Shown: positions 10,135 to 19,190 of the stretch, piece after piece | Layout of the letters: each line of letters begins with the position of its first letter | Numbering within the stretch: the first letter of the stretch is position 1 | DNA from: Vulcanimicrobiota bacterium | GTDB lineage: Bacteria > Vulcanimicrobiota > Vulcanimicrobiia > Vulcanimicrobiales > Vulcanimicrobiaceae | Length of the DNA stretch: 64,000 bases | Direction of reading: 5' to 3' | Assembly (NCBI GenBank): GCA_963795855.1 | Contig: CAWCIZ010000003.1 | Location: 576,001-640,000, forward strand | Notes under the pieces: model-generated | The model's database searches: none | Seen by the model: only the letters and a program-made list of their open reading frames with translations | What the model was told of the DNA's origin: nothing | Position numbers and translations under genes: made by a program

Positions 10135-10954
10135 GCTGCAAGCCGAACCGCTCGTTCCACTTCGACTGCAGCTCCTCATCGACTCGATTGCCGGCGATCA
10201 AGCAGCGGCGCAGCCGAGGCATTTTGAAGCGCTCCGGATCGGCGAGCGCAAGCTGCGCCCGATAATCGTGCTCGCGCTGGAGTAATATCGTTACGTCAAG
10301 CTCGCGCACCAAATCCAAACGTTCGCTCGCGTCGAAATCCGCGTTGTGCGCAACCGCGGCCGATCCGCAAAGCCACGGCGCGGCGATCGCGCGTTCGAAC
10401 CAATTTTCGTCTTCAACGTGAAGCGCGCACCAGACGGTATCGATTGCGCCCGCACCGAGCAGTTCTCGCATTCCGTCGCGGGCTGAATCGAGCGTCGCGT
10501 CGGCGGCTCCGGTCTCGACCTCCGATCGCGGCGCCGGCCCGGCTTGGGCGAGCGTGTCGAGACGCGCCCACCCCTCGCACTCTTCCCCGATGAGCAAAAA
10601 GCGCGTCTGCGGTTGCAGTTGCTCGCGCAGCGCGTCGATCTGCGGACGATACACGCGGTTGGCGACAATCGTTGCGGCGGAAGGCGCACGCGCCGCATCC
10701 AGAACGACCTCGGCGCCGATGCGTTCGAGCGCCAGAAGCGTAAAGACGCACTTGGCGGTCGTCGAGAGCGAAACGTAAGCGCGCTCGCCGCCGGCAACGC
10801 CGAACGCGCGAAGCACCGCGGCGTAGCGCTGCGAGTGCACGGCGACCTCGCGAAACGTGTAGTCCCGGCGGTGGCCGTATTCGTCGATGAAAACCAGTGC
10901 CGTTCGCTGTTCGCCCGCGAGCCGATCGATCAGATCAGAGGCTCGCCAGGGCAT
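10112..10954 (-). CDS. Truncated, degenerate AMP-binding (acyl-CoA synthetase-like) protein
   Basis: ALVFIDEYG...YTFREV...AAVLRAFGV..GERAY, LDLVRELDVT, LRRCLIAG..VDEEL...WNERFGL; lacks the TSGTTGxPKG loop and the C-terminal domain. Confidence 0.7.
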   Translation of the reverse strand: MPWRASDLIDRLAGEQRTALVFIDEYGHRRDYTFREVAVHSQRYAAVLRAFGVAGGERAYVSLSTTAKCVFTLLALERIGAEVVLDAARAPSAATIVANRVYRPQIDALREQLQPQTRFLLIGEECEGWARLDTLAQAGPAPRSEVETGAADATLDSARDGMRELLGAGAIDTVWCALHVEDENWFERAIAAPWLCGSAAVAHNADFDASERLDLVRELDVTILLQREHDYRAQLALADPERFKMPRLRRCLIAGNRVDEELQSKWNERFGLQLTSFAAV

Positions 10955-12144
10955 CCTCGAACACGCGAAGCAGCAGACTCGATTTCCCCATCCTCGATTA
11001 TCAGCGGCGGTGCCAGCCGCAAAACGTTTTCGTGCGTGTCTTTTGCGACGACGCCGCGTGCGAGCATCGCTTCGGAGAGGCTGCGCGCCGGTATCTTCAG
11101 CTCGACGCCGATCAGCAAGCCGCGCCCGCGCACCTCTTTCACGAGCGGCGAATCGATCGCGCGCACTCCGCGCATGATTTTCGCGCCGGCATAGCGAGCG
11201 CGCGACGGTAGCTTTTCCTCGACGATCACATCGAGCGCCGCAATTGCGACCGCAGAACCCAGCGGGTTCCCGCCGAAGGTGCTGCCGTGTTCGCCCGGGC
11301 GGAAGAGCAGCATCAGTTCGCGGTTGGAAAGCACCGCGGAAACGGGGTAGTAGCCCCCGCCGAGCGCTTTGCCGACGACGAGCACGTCCGGTTTTACGCC
11401 TTCATGATCGCACGCGAAAAGATCGCCGGTGCGTCCGAATCCGGTTTGAATTTCATCCGCGACGAAAAGAACGCGGTGTTCCTTGCACAATCCCCACGCG
11501 CGTTTCAAAAACCCGTCCGGCGGAACGATGACGCCGCCTTCGCCTTGTATCGGCTCGACGAGGACTGCGCATGTATTTTCATTCACGGCTTGCGCGAGCG
11601 CCGCGTAGTCGCCATACGGAACGTGCACGAATCCCGGCGTGAACGGACCAAAACCGCGACGGTACTCCGGCGTGGAACTCGCGCTGATCGCAGCCGTGGT
11701 ACGGCCGTGGAAATTATTCGTGAATACGACGATCTCGGCGCGATCGTTCGCTATGCCTTTGACTTCGTAGCCGTAACGGCGTGCGAGTTTGATTGCGGTT
11801 TCGACTGCTTCGACGCCGGTATTCATCGGCAGCGCCATTTCGTATCCGCAGATCTCCGTGAGACGCTGCAAGAATCCCGGCATGCGATCGTTGCGCATCG
11901 CGCGCGAAGTCAACGTTACTTTCTTCGCTTGTTCGAGTAGTGCAGCCATGATGCGCGGATGGCAATGCCCCTGATTTACGGCGGAATAGGCGCTCACGCA
12001 ATCGAGGTACCGTTTGCCGGCGACGTCGTAGAGCCATACGCCTTGCGCGCGTTCGACGACCACGTCGAGCGGGTCGTAGTTGCGGGCGCCAAACCGATCT
12101 TCGAGCGCTATCAGTTCCTTCGAAGCATCCTGAACATCGTGCAT
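10935..12144 (-). CDS. rocD: Ornithine--oxo-acid aminotransferase (extra base at 10977 alters the last residues)
   Basis: SAYSAVNQGHCHP, PMNTGVEAVETAIK, NNFHGRT, EPIQGEGG, DEIQTGFGRTG, GKALGGG, HGSTFGGNPL. Confidence 0.93.
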
Positions 12145-12264
12145 GATTTTCCAGCGCGCCGAGTGTGTTTACTTCGGTGACGAAGGACCGCAGGGGCGCG
12201 AACGCCTGCGTTCCAGGAACACTTCCTCCTTTGGTTAAGGACGGTACGCTCGGCTACCTCTTTT

Positions 12265-13134
12265 ATGAACGACCACGCAACGTACGATAGCGCACAGGAG
12301 CGGCTGCGCTGGTTTGTCCGCCGCGACGAGCGCGCGAGCGTCGGCGAACTCGGGCAAACGCTGGTTTTCGACCATGGCCGGCGCACGGAGCACGCCACGC
12401 TGCTGCTGCACGGTCTGTCGGCCAGCCCGCGGCAGTTTTTCGCAGTTGCGACTGCATTGCACGCGCGCGGACACAACGTTTTCATTCCGCGCCTGCCGCG
12501 GCACGGCCATCGCAATCGCTTGTCCGAAGCGCTCGCTTCGATGAACGCCGCGCAGCTGGAAGCGTGCGCGAACGATTCGTTAGCGGTGGCGCAAGGTCTG
12601 GGCGAACGCGTGAACGTTGCGGGATTTTCGCTCGGCGGATTGCTGACCGCGTACCTCGGGCAATTCAATCCGATCCATCGCGCGGTCGCGGTTTCGCCGT
12701 TTCTCGGCGTTTCGTGGATACCCAACGTGTTGCGGCTGCACGTCGCGCGATGGCTGCTCAAACGTCCGAACCGGTTCTTCTGGTGGGATCCGATCTTGCG
12801 CGAGCGCCAACTTCCCGAACACGGCTATCCGCGGTTCGCCAGTCACGCCATCGCGCACGGTCTTACGATAGCCGATGCGTTGCTCGAAAGCGCCGAAACT
12901 GTCGCGCCGTTGGCCGACGAACTCGTGCTCGTCGTCAATCCCGGCGATTCGGCGATCAACCGGCGCGCCGTCGCTCGGCTGTACCGGCGATGGCTGCGGC
13001 ATAAGCCCGACGCGGTGACGATCCGGCGTTTGAGCGGTCTGCCGCCCTTTCTGCACGACATTATCGAGCCGAAACGCTACGTCGACGTCTCGCAGCGGGT
13101 AACGCCGATTCTCGTGGAACTCATCGACCGGTGA
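12265..13134 (+). CDS. Alpha/beta hydrolase (carboxylesterase/monoacylglycerol lipase-like)
   Basis: LLLHGL, PRLPRHG, GFSLGG nucleophile elbow, C-terminal HDIIEP. Confidence 0.88.
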   Translation: MNDHATYDSAQERLRWFVRRDERASVGELGQTLVFDHGRRTEHATLLLHGLSASPRQFFAVATALHARGHNVFIPRLPRHGHRNRLSEALASMNAAQLEACANDSLAVAQGLGERVNVAGFSLGGLLTAYLGQFNPIHRAVAVSPFLGVSWIPNVLRLHVARWLLKRPNRFFWWDPILRERQLPEHGYPRFASHAIAHGLTIADALLESAETVAPLADELVLVVNPGDSAINRRAVARLYRRWLRHKPDAVTIRRLSGLPPFLHDIIEPKRYVDVSQRVTPILVELIDR

Positions 13135-13691
13135 AGAGCCTGCGCCGCTGCGAGTGGCCGAAAAACGAATTGGCGATCGCGTATCACGACGCGGAGTGGG
13201 GCGTGCCGGCGCACGATGACGTCGTGCTCTTCGAATTCCTCACGCTCGAAGGTGCGCAGGCCGGGCTGAGTTGGGACACGATCCTGCGCAAACGCGAACG
13301 CTATCGCAAAGTATTCGCCGCTTTCGATCCGGGGCGGGTCGCGCGCTTCACCGATGCGCGCTGCGAGCGCATTCTGCAAGATGCCGGCATCGTTCGCAAT
13401 CGCGCCAAAGTGTACGGAACCGTCACAAATGCGAAAGCGTTTTCGAGGGTACAGGACGCGTTCGGAAGTTTCGATGCGTACGTATGGCGCTTCGTGAACG
13501 GCGAACCGGTTCGGCGGCCGCGCCGAAGGACGTCGGACATTCCCGCGAGCACGCCGATCTCGGACGCGCTCAGCAAGGATTTGCGCAAACGCGGCTTCAC
13601 CTTCGTCGGAACGACGATTTGCTATTCGTTCATGCAGGCCGTCGGCATGGTCGACGATCATTTGGTGACGTGCTTCAGGCGCCGCGCGTAA
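13131..13691 (+). CDS. tag: DNA-3-methyladenine glycosylase I
   Basis: RCEW, YHDAEWGVP, LEGAQAGLSWDTIL, IVRNRAK, FVGTTICYSFMQAVGMVDDH. Confidence 0.96.
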   Translation: MKSLRRCEWPKNELAIAYHDAEWGVPAHDDVVLFEFLTLEGAQAGLSWDTILRKRERYRKVFAAFDPGRVARFTDARCERILQDAGIVRNRAKVYGTVTNAKAFSRVQDAFGSFDAYVWRFVNGEPVRRPRRRTSDIPASTPISDALSKDLRKRGFTFVGTTICYSFMQAVGMVDDHLVTCFRRRA

Positions 13692-14572
13692 AACCGGCTC
13701 GCTCCTATACGGAGGCGCTGGAGCGCGTCCGCGAATTTCAGGCGCTCGACGACGAGCGCATCTTACCGCAAGCGCGAACGGCGTTGCTGGATCACGGCGC
13801 GGCCACGCCGCTTGCCGTCGTGCTTCTGCACGGATTCACGAACCATCCGGGCCAGTATCGCGAATTTGCGCCGCTGGTTCATGCGCGAGGCGCGAATGTC
13901 TTCGTTCCGCGCATGCCGGAGCAAGGCGATCGCGACCGCCTCACGCGCCGGATGTCGAACCTCACTGCCGAGGCGCTGCTGGCCCGCGCCTCGGCGGCCG
14001 TCGATGCAGCGTGCGGTTTGGGCGAGCGCGTCTGCGTGGCGGGTATATCGTCGAGCGGTCTGCTTTGCGCGTATTTCGGGCAGTACCGCGCAGACGTGGC
14101 TCGCAGCATCGCGATAGCCCCGGTCTTTGCCATGCTGAGCCTTGCGTATCCGATCAGTTACGCCCTTACGCGAGCGATGCTGGTGCTGCCCGACAAGTAT
14201 CTGTGGTGGGATCCGCGCGCGAAAGCAAACCAGCGTCCCGCTTCAGCCTATCCGTGGTTTTCCACACACGCGCTGGCGCAGACGATGCGCATCGGTGAAG
14301 ACGTCTACGCGCGTGCGCGGACGACCGCTCCTGCCGCGGCGTCGATCGTGTTGATGACGAATCCGAACGATCCGGCGGTGAACAACCACGCGACGCACCG
14401 CGTAGCGGTCGAATGGGACGACCACCGTGAAGGGTCGGCGGCAGAGTTTGCGTTTACTGATTTGCCGCGTAATCACGACATCATCGATCCGGACAATCCG
14501 CACGCGCGCACGGACGTCGTCTATCCGCGCTTGCTGGAATTCATTCTGGGAACGCCTGAAGGCCGCCCTTGA
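13670..14572 (+). CDS. Alpha/beta hydrolase, paralog of 12265-13134 (start uncertain)
   Basis: LLHGFTN, VPRMPEQG, GISSSG elbow, WWDP, HDIIDP; in-frame GTG at 13670. Confidence 0.85.
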   Translation: MLQAPRVKPARSYTEALERVREFQALDDERILPQARTALLDHGAATPLAVVLLHGFTNHPGQYREFAPLVHARGANVFVPRMPEQGDRDRLTRRMSNLTAEALLARASAAVDAACGLGERVCVAGISSSGLLCAYFGQYRADVARSIAIAPVFAMLSLAYPISYALTRAMLVLPDKYLWWDPRAKANQRPASAYPWFSTHALAQTMRIGEDVYARARTTAPAAASIVLMTNPNDPAVNNHATHRVAVEWDDHREGSAAEFAFTDLPRNHDIIDPDNPHARTDVVYPRLLEFILGTPEGRP

Positions 14573-14596
14573 CGCGCCGTTAAGGCGCTCATAACA
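14569..14596 (+). promoter_or_regulatory. Putative Pho box (PhoP/PhoB-type direct repeats)
   Basis: TTGACG, TTAAGG and ATAACA at an exact 11-nt period upstream of pstS. Confidence 0.5.
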
Positions 14597-14650
14597 TTTT
14601 CCGGGTGATACTAACAGTTGTGCGCTGCTTTCGGAGGAGTTGAAAACTGC

Positions 14651-15475
14651 ATGCTTCGTAAATTCGTATTGCCGGTGCTAGCCGTGGGCTTGCTGCTTCC
14701 GATGACCGCGTGCGGCGGCGGCGGGTCCGCCGCTTCGGGAGCGAACGGATCGATCACGGTAGCCGGCTCGACGGCGCTGCTTCCGCTGGTGAAACAAGCG
14801 GCAGTCGATTATCAGCAGAAACATCCCGACGCCAAAATCAGCGTGTCCGGCGGCGGCTCGCGCGTCGGCATCACGCAGGCCGCGCAGAAGGCGGTCGATA
14901 TCGGCGACTCCGATATTGCCGCGCAGAACGAACCGAGCCTCGTGGATCATCAGATCGCCGTCGTCGACTTCGCCGTCGTCGTCAATCCGAAATCTGGGCT
15001 GAAGAATCTCACGACGCAGCAGATTCGCGATATCTTCAGCGGCAAAACGACCAATTTCAAACAAGCGGGCGGCGCGGATCAGCAAATCACGATCATCAAC
15101 CGTCCGCGCAGCTCGGGAACTCGCGCGGTGTTCGTCAAAAACGTGCTCGGCGGTCAGGAGCCGACCGAGAGCGGGCTCACGCAAGACTCTTCCGGGACGG
15201 TCGCCACGATGGTCGCGCAAACGCCAGGCGCGATCTCGTATCTCGCGATGGGCTACGTCAAAGCCGGTCAACAGTCGGCCGTTTCGATAGGCGGCGTCGC
15301 GCCGACCGATGCGAACGTTCAATCCGGCAAGTATCCGTACTGGTCGTACGAGCACATGTTCACGAACGGACAGCCGAGCGCGCAGGTCGCGGACTTCATC
15401 AACTTCGTGAAAACCGATACGGCGCTGCTCGAGCAGCTCCACTTCATTCCCGTCGGTTCGATGAAGGTGAAGTAG
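14651..15475 (+). CDS. pstS: Phosphate ABC transporter substrate-binding lipoprotein
   Basis: Lipobox MTAC, ITVAGSTALLPL, GGGSRVG, DIGDSD, RPRSSGTR, YPYWSYEHM; GGAGGAG SD. Confidence 0.92.
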   Translation: MLRKFVLPVLAVGLLLPMTACGGGGSAASGANGSITVAGSTALLPLVKQAAVDYQQKHPDAKISVSGGGSRVGITQAAQKAVDIGDSDIAAQNEPSLVDHQIAVVDFAVVVNPKSGLKNLTTQQIRDIFSGKTTNFKQAGGADQQITIINRPRSSGTRAVFVKNVLGGQEPTESGLTQDSSGTVATMVAQTPGAISYLAMGYVKAGQQSAVSIGGVAPTDANVQSGKYPYWSYEHMFTNGQPSAQVADFINFVKTDTALLEQLHFIPVGSMKVK

Positions 15476-15488
15476 TCGCGCGAGGTGA

Positions 15489-16994
15489 TTAATTGTAATT
15501 CTTGACCCGCGGCCAAATCTGCGCGAGCGGCTCACGGATTCCGCGGCAGACCATGATCGGCAGGCCGTTCTCGTACGGCATGACGTAATCGGCGGTGAAG
15601 ACGGCGGCGCGGCGCGAACTGCGAAACAGATGCGCTCCCGCTCCGCAGTCGCCGCCGACGTCGACGATCACATTGCCGGAATACCCGTGCGTCCCCCACA
15701 GGAAGTACTGGTTGTGGCCGCTGATGACCGGTGGTAAACCCCGACCGAAAAACGCGATCGCCGACGCTTCGCCGTAATTGCTCGCCACGATAACGGCCTG
15801 CGCGCGCTGCTTTGGCGGTAGCGCGTCGTAAACGTCCGTCACCGTTTGCGCGAGCTGCGGCCAGCCGTGCATGTCGGCCCAGTCTTGCGTCATCCACGTT
15901 TGCTTCGAGTGTTCCGTTACCGTCAAGCCTTGACCGATTTTTGGGCCGACTGCTTTGTTGAAAGCCACGAAGGTGTGCTCCGGCAAAATCGGCTCGACAT
16001 ACGGCAGCAGCGCAAGCCCGGAGATCAGGGTAACGGCAACTACCGCCCAGCGGATGCCGGACGCTCTGCGCGTCGCGGCTTCAATTGCTACAGCGCCCGC
16101 GGCAAAAAAGATCGGATAGACGTCGGCCGGATAGTAATGCTTGGCATGCGAGGCGATCATGCTTGCAAGCAAAACGGCATATCCGTAGCCGAGAAAGCGC
16201 GCCGATGCCGTTCGGAAAGTCCAAACCAATCCGGCGATCCAGATGAGGGCAAGCAGCGGATTCGTGATGATCAGCTCCGCCAGCGCGTATTGCGCCGGAG
16301 ACAGCACGACGTTCTTTCCGAGTTGTCCGTTGCGAAGCAATTCCCACATCGGGAATCCGTTCGCAGCTTGCCAGAGGAAATTGGGCAGCGCGATGACGAC
16401 TGCCGCCAGCACGCCCGCCGCAAACCACTTCGAGCGCAGTATTCGGCGTTCAGGCGTCAGCAACAATGCGACGACAAGCGCCGCCGCGAAATACAGCACG
16501 CTGTATTTGCTTTGCAACGCGCAGCCGATGACGATGCCGGTCGGAAGCCACTGCCGCAAATCGCCGCCTTTTGCCATGCGTACGACGTAGAGCGCCGCGA
16601 GCGGCCACAGCCACAAGCCAACCATGTCCGGCCCGACTTTCATGGCGAATGCGGCCAAAACGGGGCACAGCGTGCTTGCGAGCGCGGCGAGGGCCATTGC
16701 GAACGCGCCGCCGCCGAATTCGATGGCAAGCAAACAGACGACGTATGCCGAGGCGCCCGCAAAAATCGCGGCAACCGCGCGCAGCGCGAACAGCGAATGT
16801 CCGAATAGTTGCGAAGCTGCTGCCAGCAGCGGCGTCACGGGCGGCTGATCGACGTAGCCCCACTGAGGATGCATGCCGCAGATGATGAAGTACAGTTCGT
16901 CGCGGAAAAAGCCGTAATGCGGGTTCGCCAGCAGGTGGAAAGCGAACGCGAGGATCGCGGCGATTGCCGGAATACGGGTTTGCTTACCGTTCAT
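15489..16994 (-). CDS. GT-C fold membrane glycosyltransferase (family 39/ArnT-like)
   Basis: YGFFRDELYF, WGYVDQPP, KYS, PNFLWQ, KHYY, ISGHNQYFLWG; many TM helices. Confidence 0.88.
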   Translation of the reverse strand: MNGKQTRIPAIAAILAFAFHLLANPHYGFFRDELYFIICGMHPQWGYVDQPPVTPLLAAASQLFGHSLFALRAVAAIFAGASAYVVCLLAIEFGGGAFAMALAALASTLCPVLAAFAMKVGPDMVGLWLWPLAALYVVRMAKGGDLRQWLPTGIVIGCALQSKYSVLYFAAALVVALLLTPERRILRSKWFAAGVLAAVVIALPNFLWQAANGFPMWELLRNGQLGKNVVLSPAQYALAELIITNPLLALIWIAGLVWTFRTASARFLGYGYAVLLASMIASHAKHYYPADVYPIFFAAGAVAIEAATRRASGIRWAVVAVTLISGLALLPYVEPILPEHTFVAFNKAVGPKIGQGLTVTEHSKQTWMTQDWADMHGWPQLAQTVTDVYDALPPKQRAQAVIVASNYGEASAIAFFGRGLPPVISGHNQYFLWGTHGYSGNVIVDVGGDCGAGAHLFRSSRRAAVFTADYVMPYENGLPIMVCRGIREPLAQIWPRVKNYN

Positions 16995-17166
16995 GACCGT
17001 AGTGGTAGCTGAAGAACAGAGGCCGATGGCCGTAAACAACGGGAGCGGCCACCAGTAGCGGCGATGAGGCTCATGCGAGGGTCATACCGGATTCCGCAGG
17101 GATCGTCAACGGCCGCGGGACGAACGGGCAGAAGCCGGCCCGTCCCTTCGCGTCGAATTCGGCGGC

Positions 17167-18822
17167 GTGGAAAATGCGACGGCCGTATTCCTCGCCGATC
17201 TCACGGTGGCGCTCGTCTCCGCGAGTATTCTAGGACTTCTTGCGCGTGCCGCGCGCATCACGCCGATTCTCGGCTACGTCGTCGCAGGGATCATCATCGG
17301 TCCGTTTACGCCCGGGTATCACACCGCGGACGCATCGCTGAACGGGCTGAGCGAACTGGGGCTGATCTTGCTGCTGTTCAGCCTGGGCCTCGGGTTTTCA
17401 CTGCGCGAACTGCGGCACGTCGGGACCGTCGCGATGATCGGCAACGTCGCGCTCATGGCGGTGTTCGGCGCTGCTTCCTGGGCCATCGGCGCGGCCATCG
17501 GACTCACGCACCCCGTGACGCTTGCGCTGGCGTTCACGCTGTCGAGCACCGCTATCGGTGTGGCGTTGTTGAAACTCTTCGGTTTGCTCGGCAAACAGCC
17601 GGGACAAGCCGCGATTGCGCTGCTGGTCGCGCAGGATTTGCTCGCAGTGCTCATCCTCGTCGTCACCACGACGCCTCCCGCGCAGCTCTCTCTGCTCGGC
17701 GCGCTGCTGCCGCTGGTGAAAGCGGCCGCGTTCGTCATCGTCGCTTTGGCGCTCGGCGCGACCGTGCTGCATCGAATCGTCATTGGGTTCTTGCGGCGCG
17801 CGCCGGCGGAAGCGATGATAGCCTTTTCGACCGCGGTCGCGCTGGTCGCGGCGTGGATCGGGCATTTGGCGGGACTTTCGTTCGAATTCGGCGCGTTCGT
17901 CGCGGGCGCCGTCACGTCGGAAGCCGCGGGAAGCCGGCTCGTGCATTCGATCGTCGCGCCGCTGCGAGAGCTCTTCGTGATGCTGTTCTTCGTGTCGATC
18001 GGAACGCTCGTGAATGTCGGCGCGCTACTCAATGCATGGCCCGTCATTCTGGCGTTCGGATTCGCGCTCATCGTTCTGCGCTTCAGCGGTTGGTACGCGC
18101 TGAGCCGGTTCGTCAATCAGCGGCGCGGCACTGCGATCGCGCTAGGCATCGCGATGGTGCCGCTCGGCGAGTTCAACGTCGTTCTTGCCAACAACAGTTT
18201 CCTCGCTAGACGGTTGAATGCAAGCGAGTATGGGATCGCAATCGGTGCGACGCTGCTGTCGATCATCGTCGCAGCGCTGGCCGCACGCATTGCCGCGCCC
18301 CGCCGCGCGGCGATCGATGCGGCAACCGAGTCCACCGAACGGGAATACGCGACGCCGCCCGCGATCGTCATCATCGGCTACGGGCGAGTCGGCCGTACCG
18401 TCAGCGCACTCTGCCGCCGTGCGGCGATTCCGCTCGCCGTGATCGAATTGGACGTCGACGCATTGCGTGCTGCGCAGCACGACGGGCTGGATGCGCACTA
18501 CGGCGACGGCGCCGATCCGAATGCGATCGCGCGCGTGATCGTGCCGTCGACGCGCATCTTGCTCAGCACGATTCCCGACACGGCCGCGAATGCCGCAATA
18601 GCGGGGCGGTTTGCCGCGAACGCGAATCTGCGCGTGATCGCGCGGGCCGAACGCTTGCGCGACGTCGCCATATTACGCAAAGCCGGCGCGCAGGGCGTGC
18701 TGGTTCCCGAAGCGGAAGGCGCCTTCGGCTTCGCTCACACGGTACTCTCGGATTTCGGCGTGAGCGGCGAACGCATCGACGAATTGATTCGCGATCAGCG
18801 CGCCGCCCTCGCGTATCTCTAG
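17167..18822 (+). CDS. CPA2 cation:proton antiporter with TrkA-N/KTN domain (YbaL/KefC-like)
   Basis: ILGYVVAGIIIGP, LSSTAI, AQDL, FGAFVAG, GEF; C-terminal IIGYGRVG and YGDG. Confidence 0.9.
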   Translation: MENATAVFLADLTVALVSASILGLLARAARITPILGYVVAGIIIGPFTPGYHTADASLNGLSELGLILLLFSLGLGFSLRELRHVGTVAMIGNVALMAVFGAASWAIGAAIGLTHPVTLALAFTLSSTAIGVALLKLFGLLGKQPGQAAIALLVAQDLLAVLILVVTTTPPAQLSLLGALLPLVKAAAFVIVALALGATVLHRIVIGFLRRAPAEAMIAFSTAVALVAAWIGHLAGLSFEFGAFVAGAVTSEAAGSRLVHSIVAPLRELFVMLFFVSIGTLVNVGALLNAWPVILAFGFALIVLRFSGWYALSRFVNQRRGTAIALGIAMVPLGEFNVVLANNSFLARRLNASEYGIAIGATLLSIIVAALAARIAAPRRAAIDAATESTEREYATPPAIVIIGYGRVGRTVSALCRRAAIPLAVIELDVDALRAAQHDGLDAHYGDGADPNAIARVIVPSTRILLSTIPDTAANAAIAGRFAANANLRVIARAERLRDVAILRKAGAQGVLVPEAEGAFGFAHTVLSDFGVSGERIDELIRDQRAALAYL

Positions 18823-18828
18823 TCGGGT

Positions 18829-19122
18829 CTAACGGGCTGCGTGCACCGGCACTTCGGCCGTCGTCGCGTCGATGTGCGCTCGCACGGCGTTTACTTCATC
18901 CGCGGGGAAGCCGCCGCGCCGTGCGTGTTCGCGAATCTCCTCCTCGCTTTGCGCGATGTAAACGCAATAGATCTTGTCGTTGGTGACGTCACTCTCGATC
19001 CACTGGATCGATGGCCCCATTTGCTGGAGGACGCTGCATGATTTGGCGGCGATACCTTGGAGTTGATCGGAAGTCAAACTCCCGGCGTTCGGAATATCAC
19101 GCTCGATGATGAACTTCGGCAT
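18829..19122 (-). CDS. DUF4242 family small protein
   Basis: MPKFIIER, IQWIES.VT.DKIYCVYIA, IREHARRGGFPAD. Confidence 0.85.
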   Translation of the reverse strand: MPKFIIERDIPNAGSLTSDQLQGIAAKSCSVLQQMGPSIQWIESDVTNDKIYCVYIAQSEEEIREHARRGGFPADEVNAVRAHIDATTAEVPVHAAR

Positions 19123-19190
19123 GACAACCTCCTTCGGAGTGCCCTAACGATACCTGCGCACGCCGCTTTTTTCAAGGCGTGCCGCTCGGC

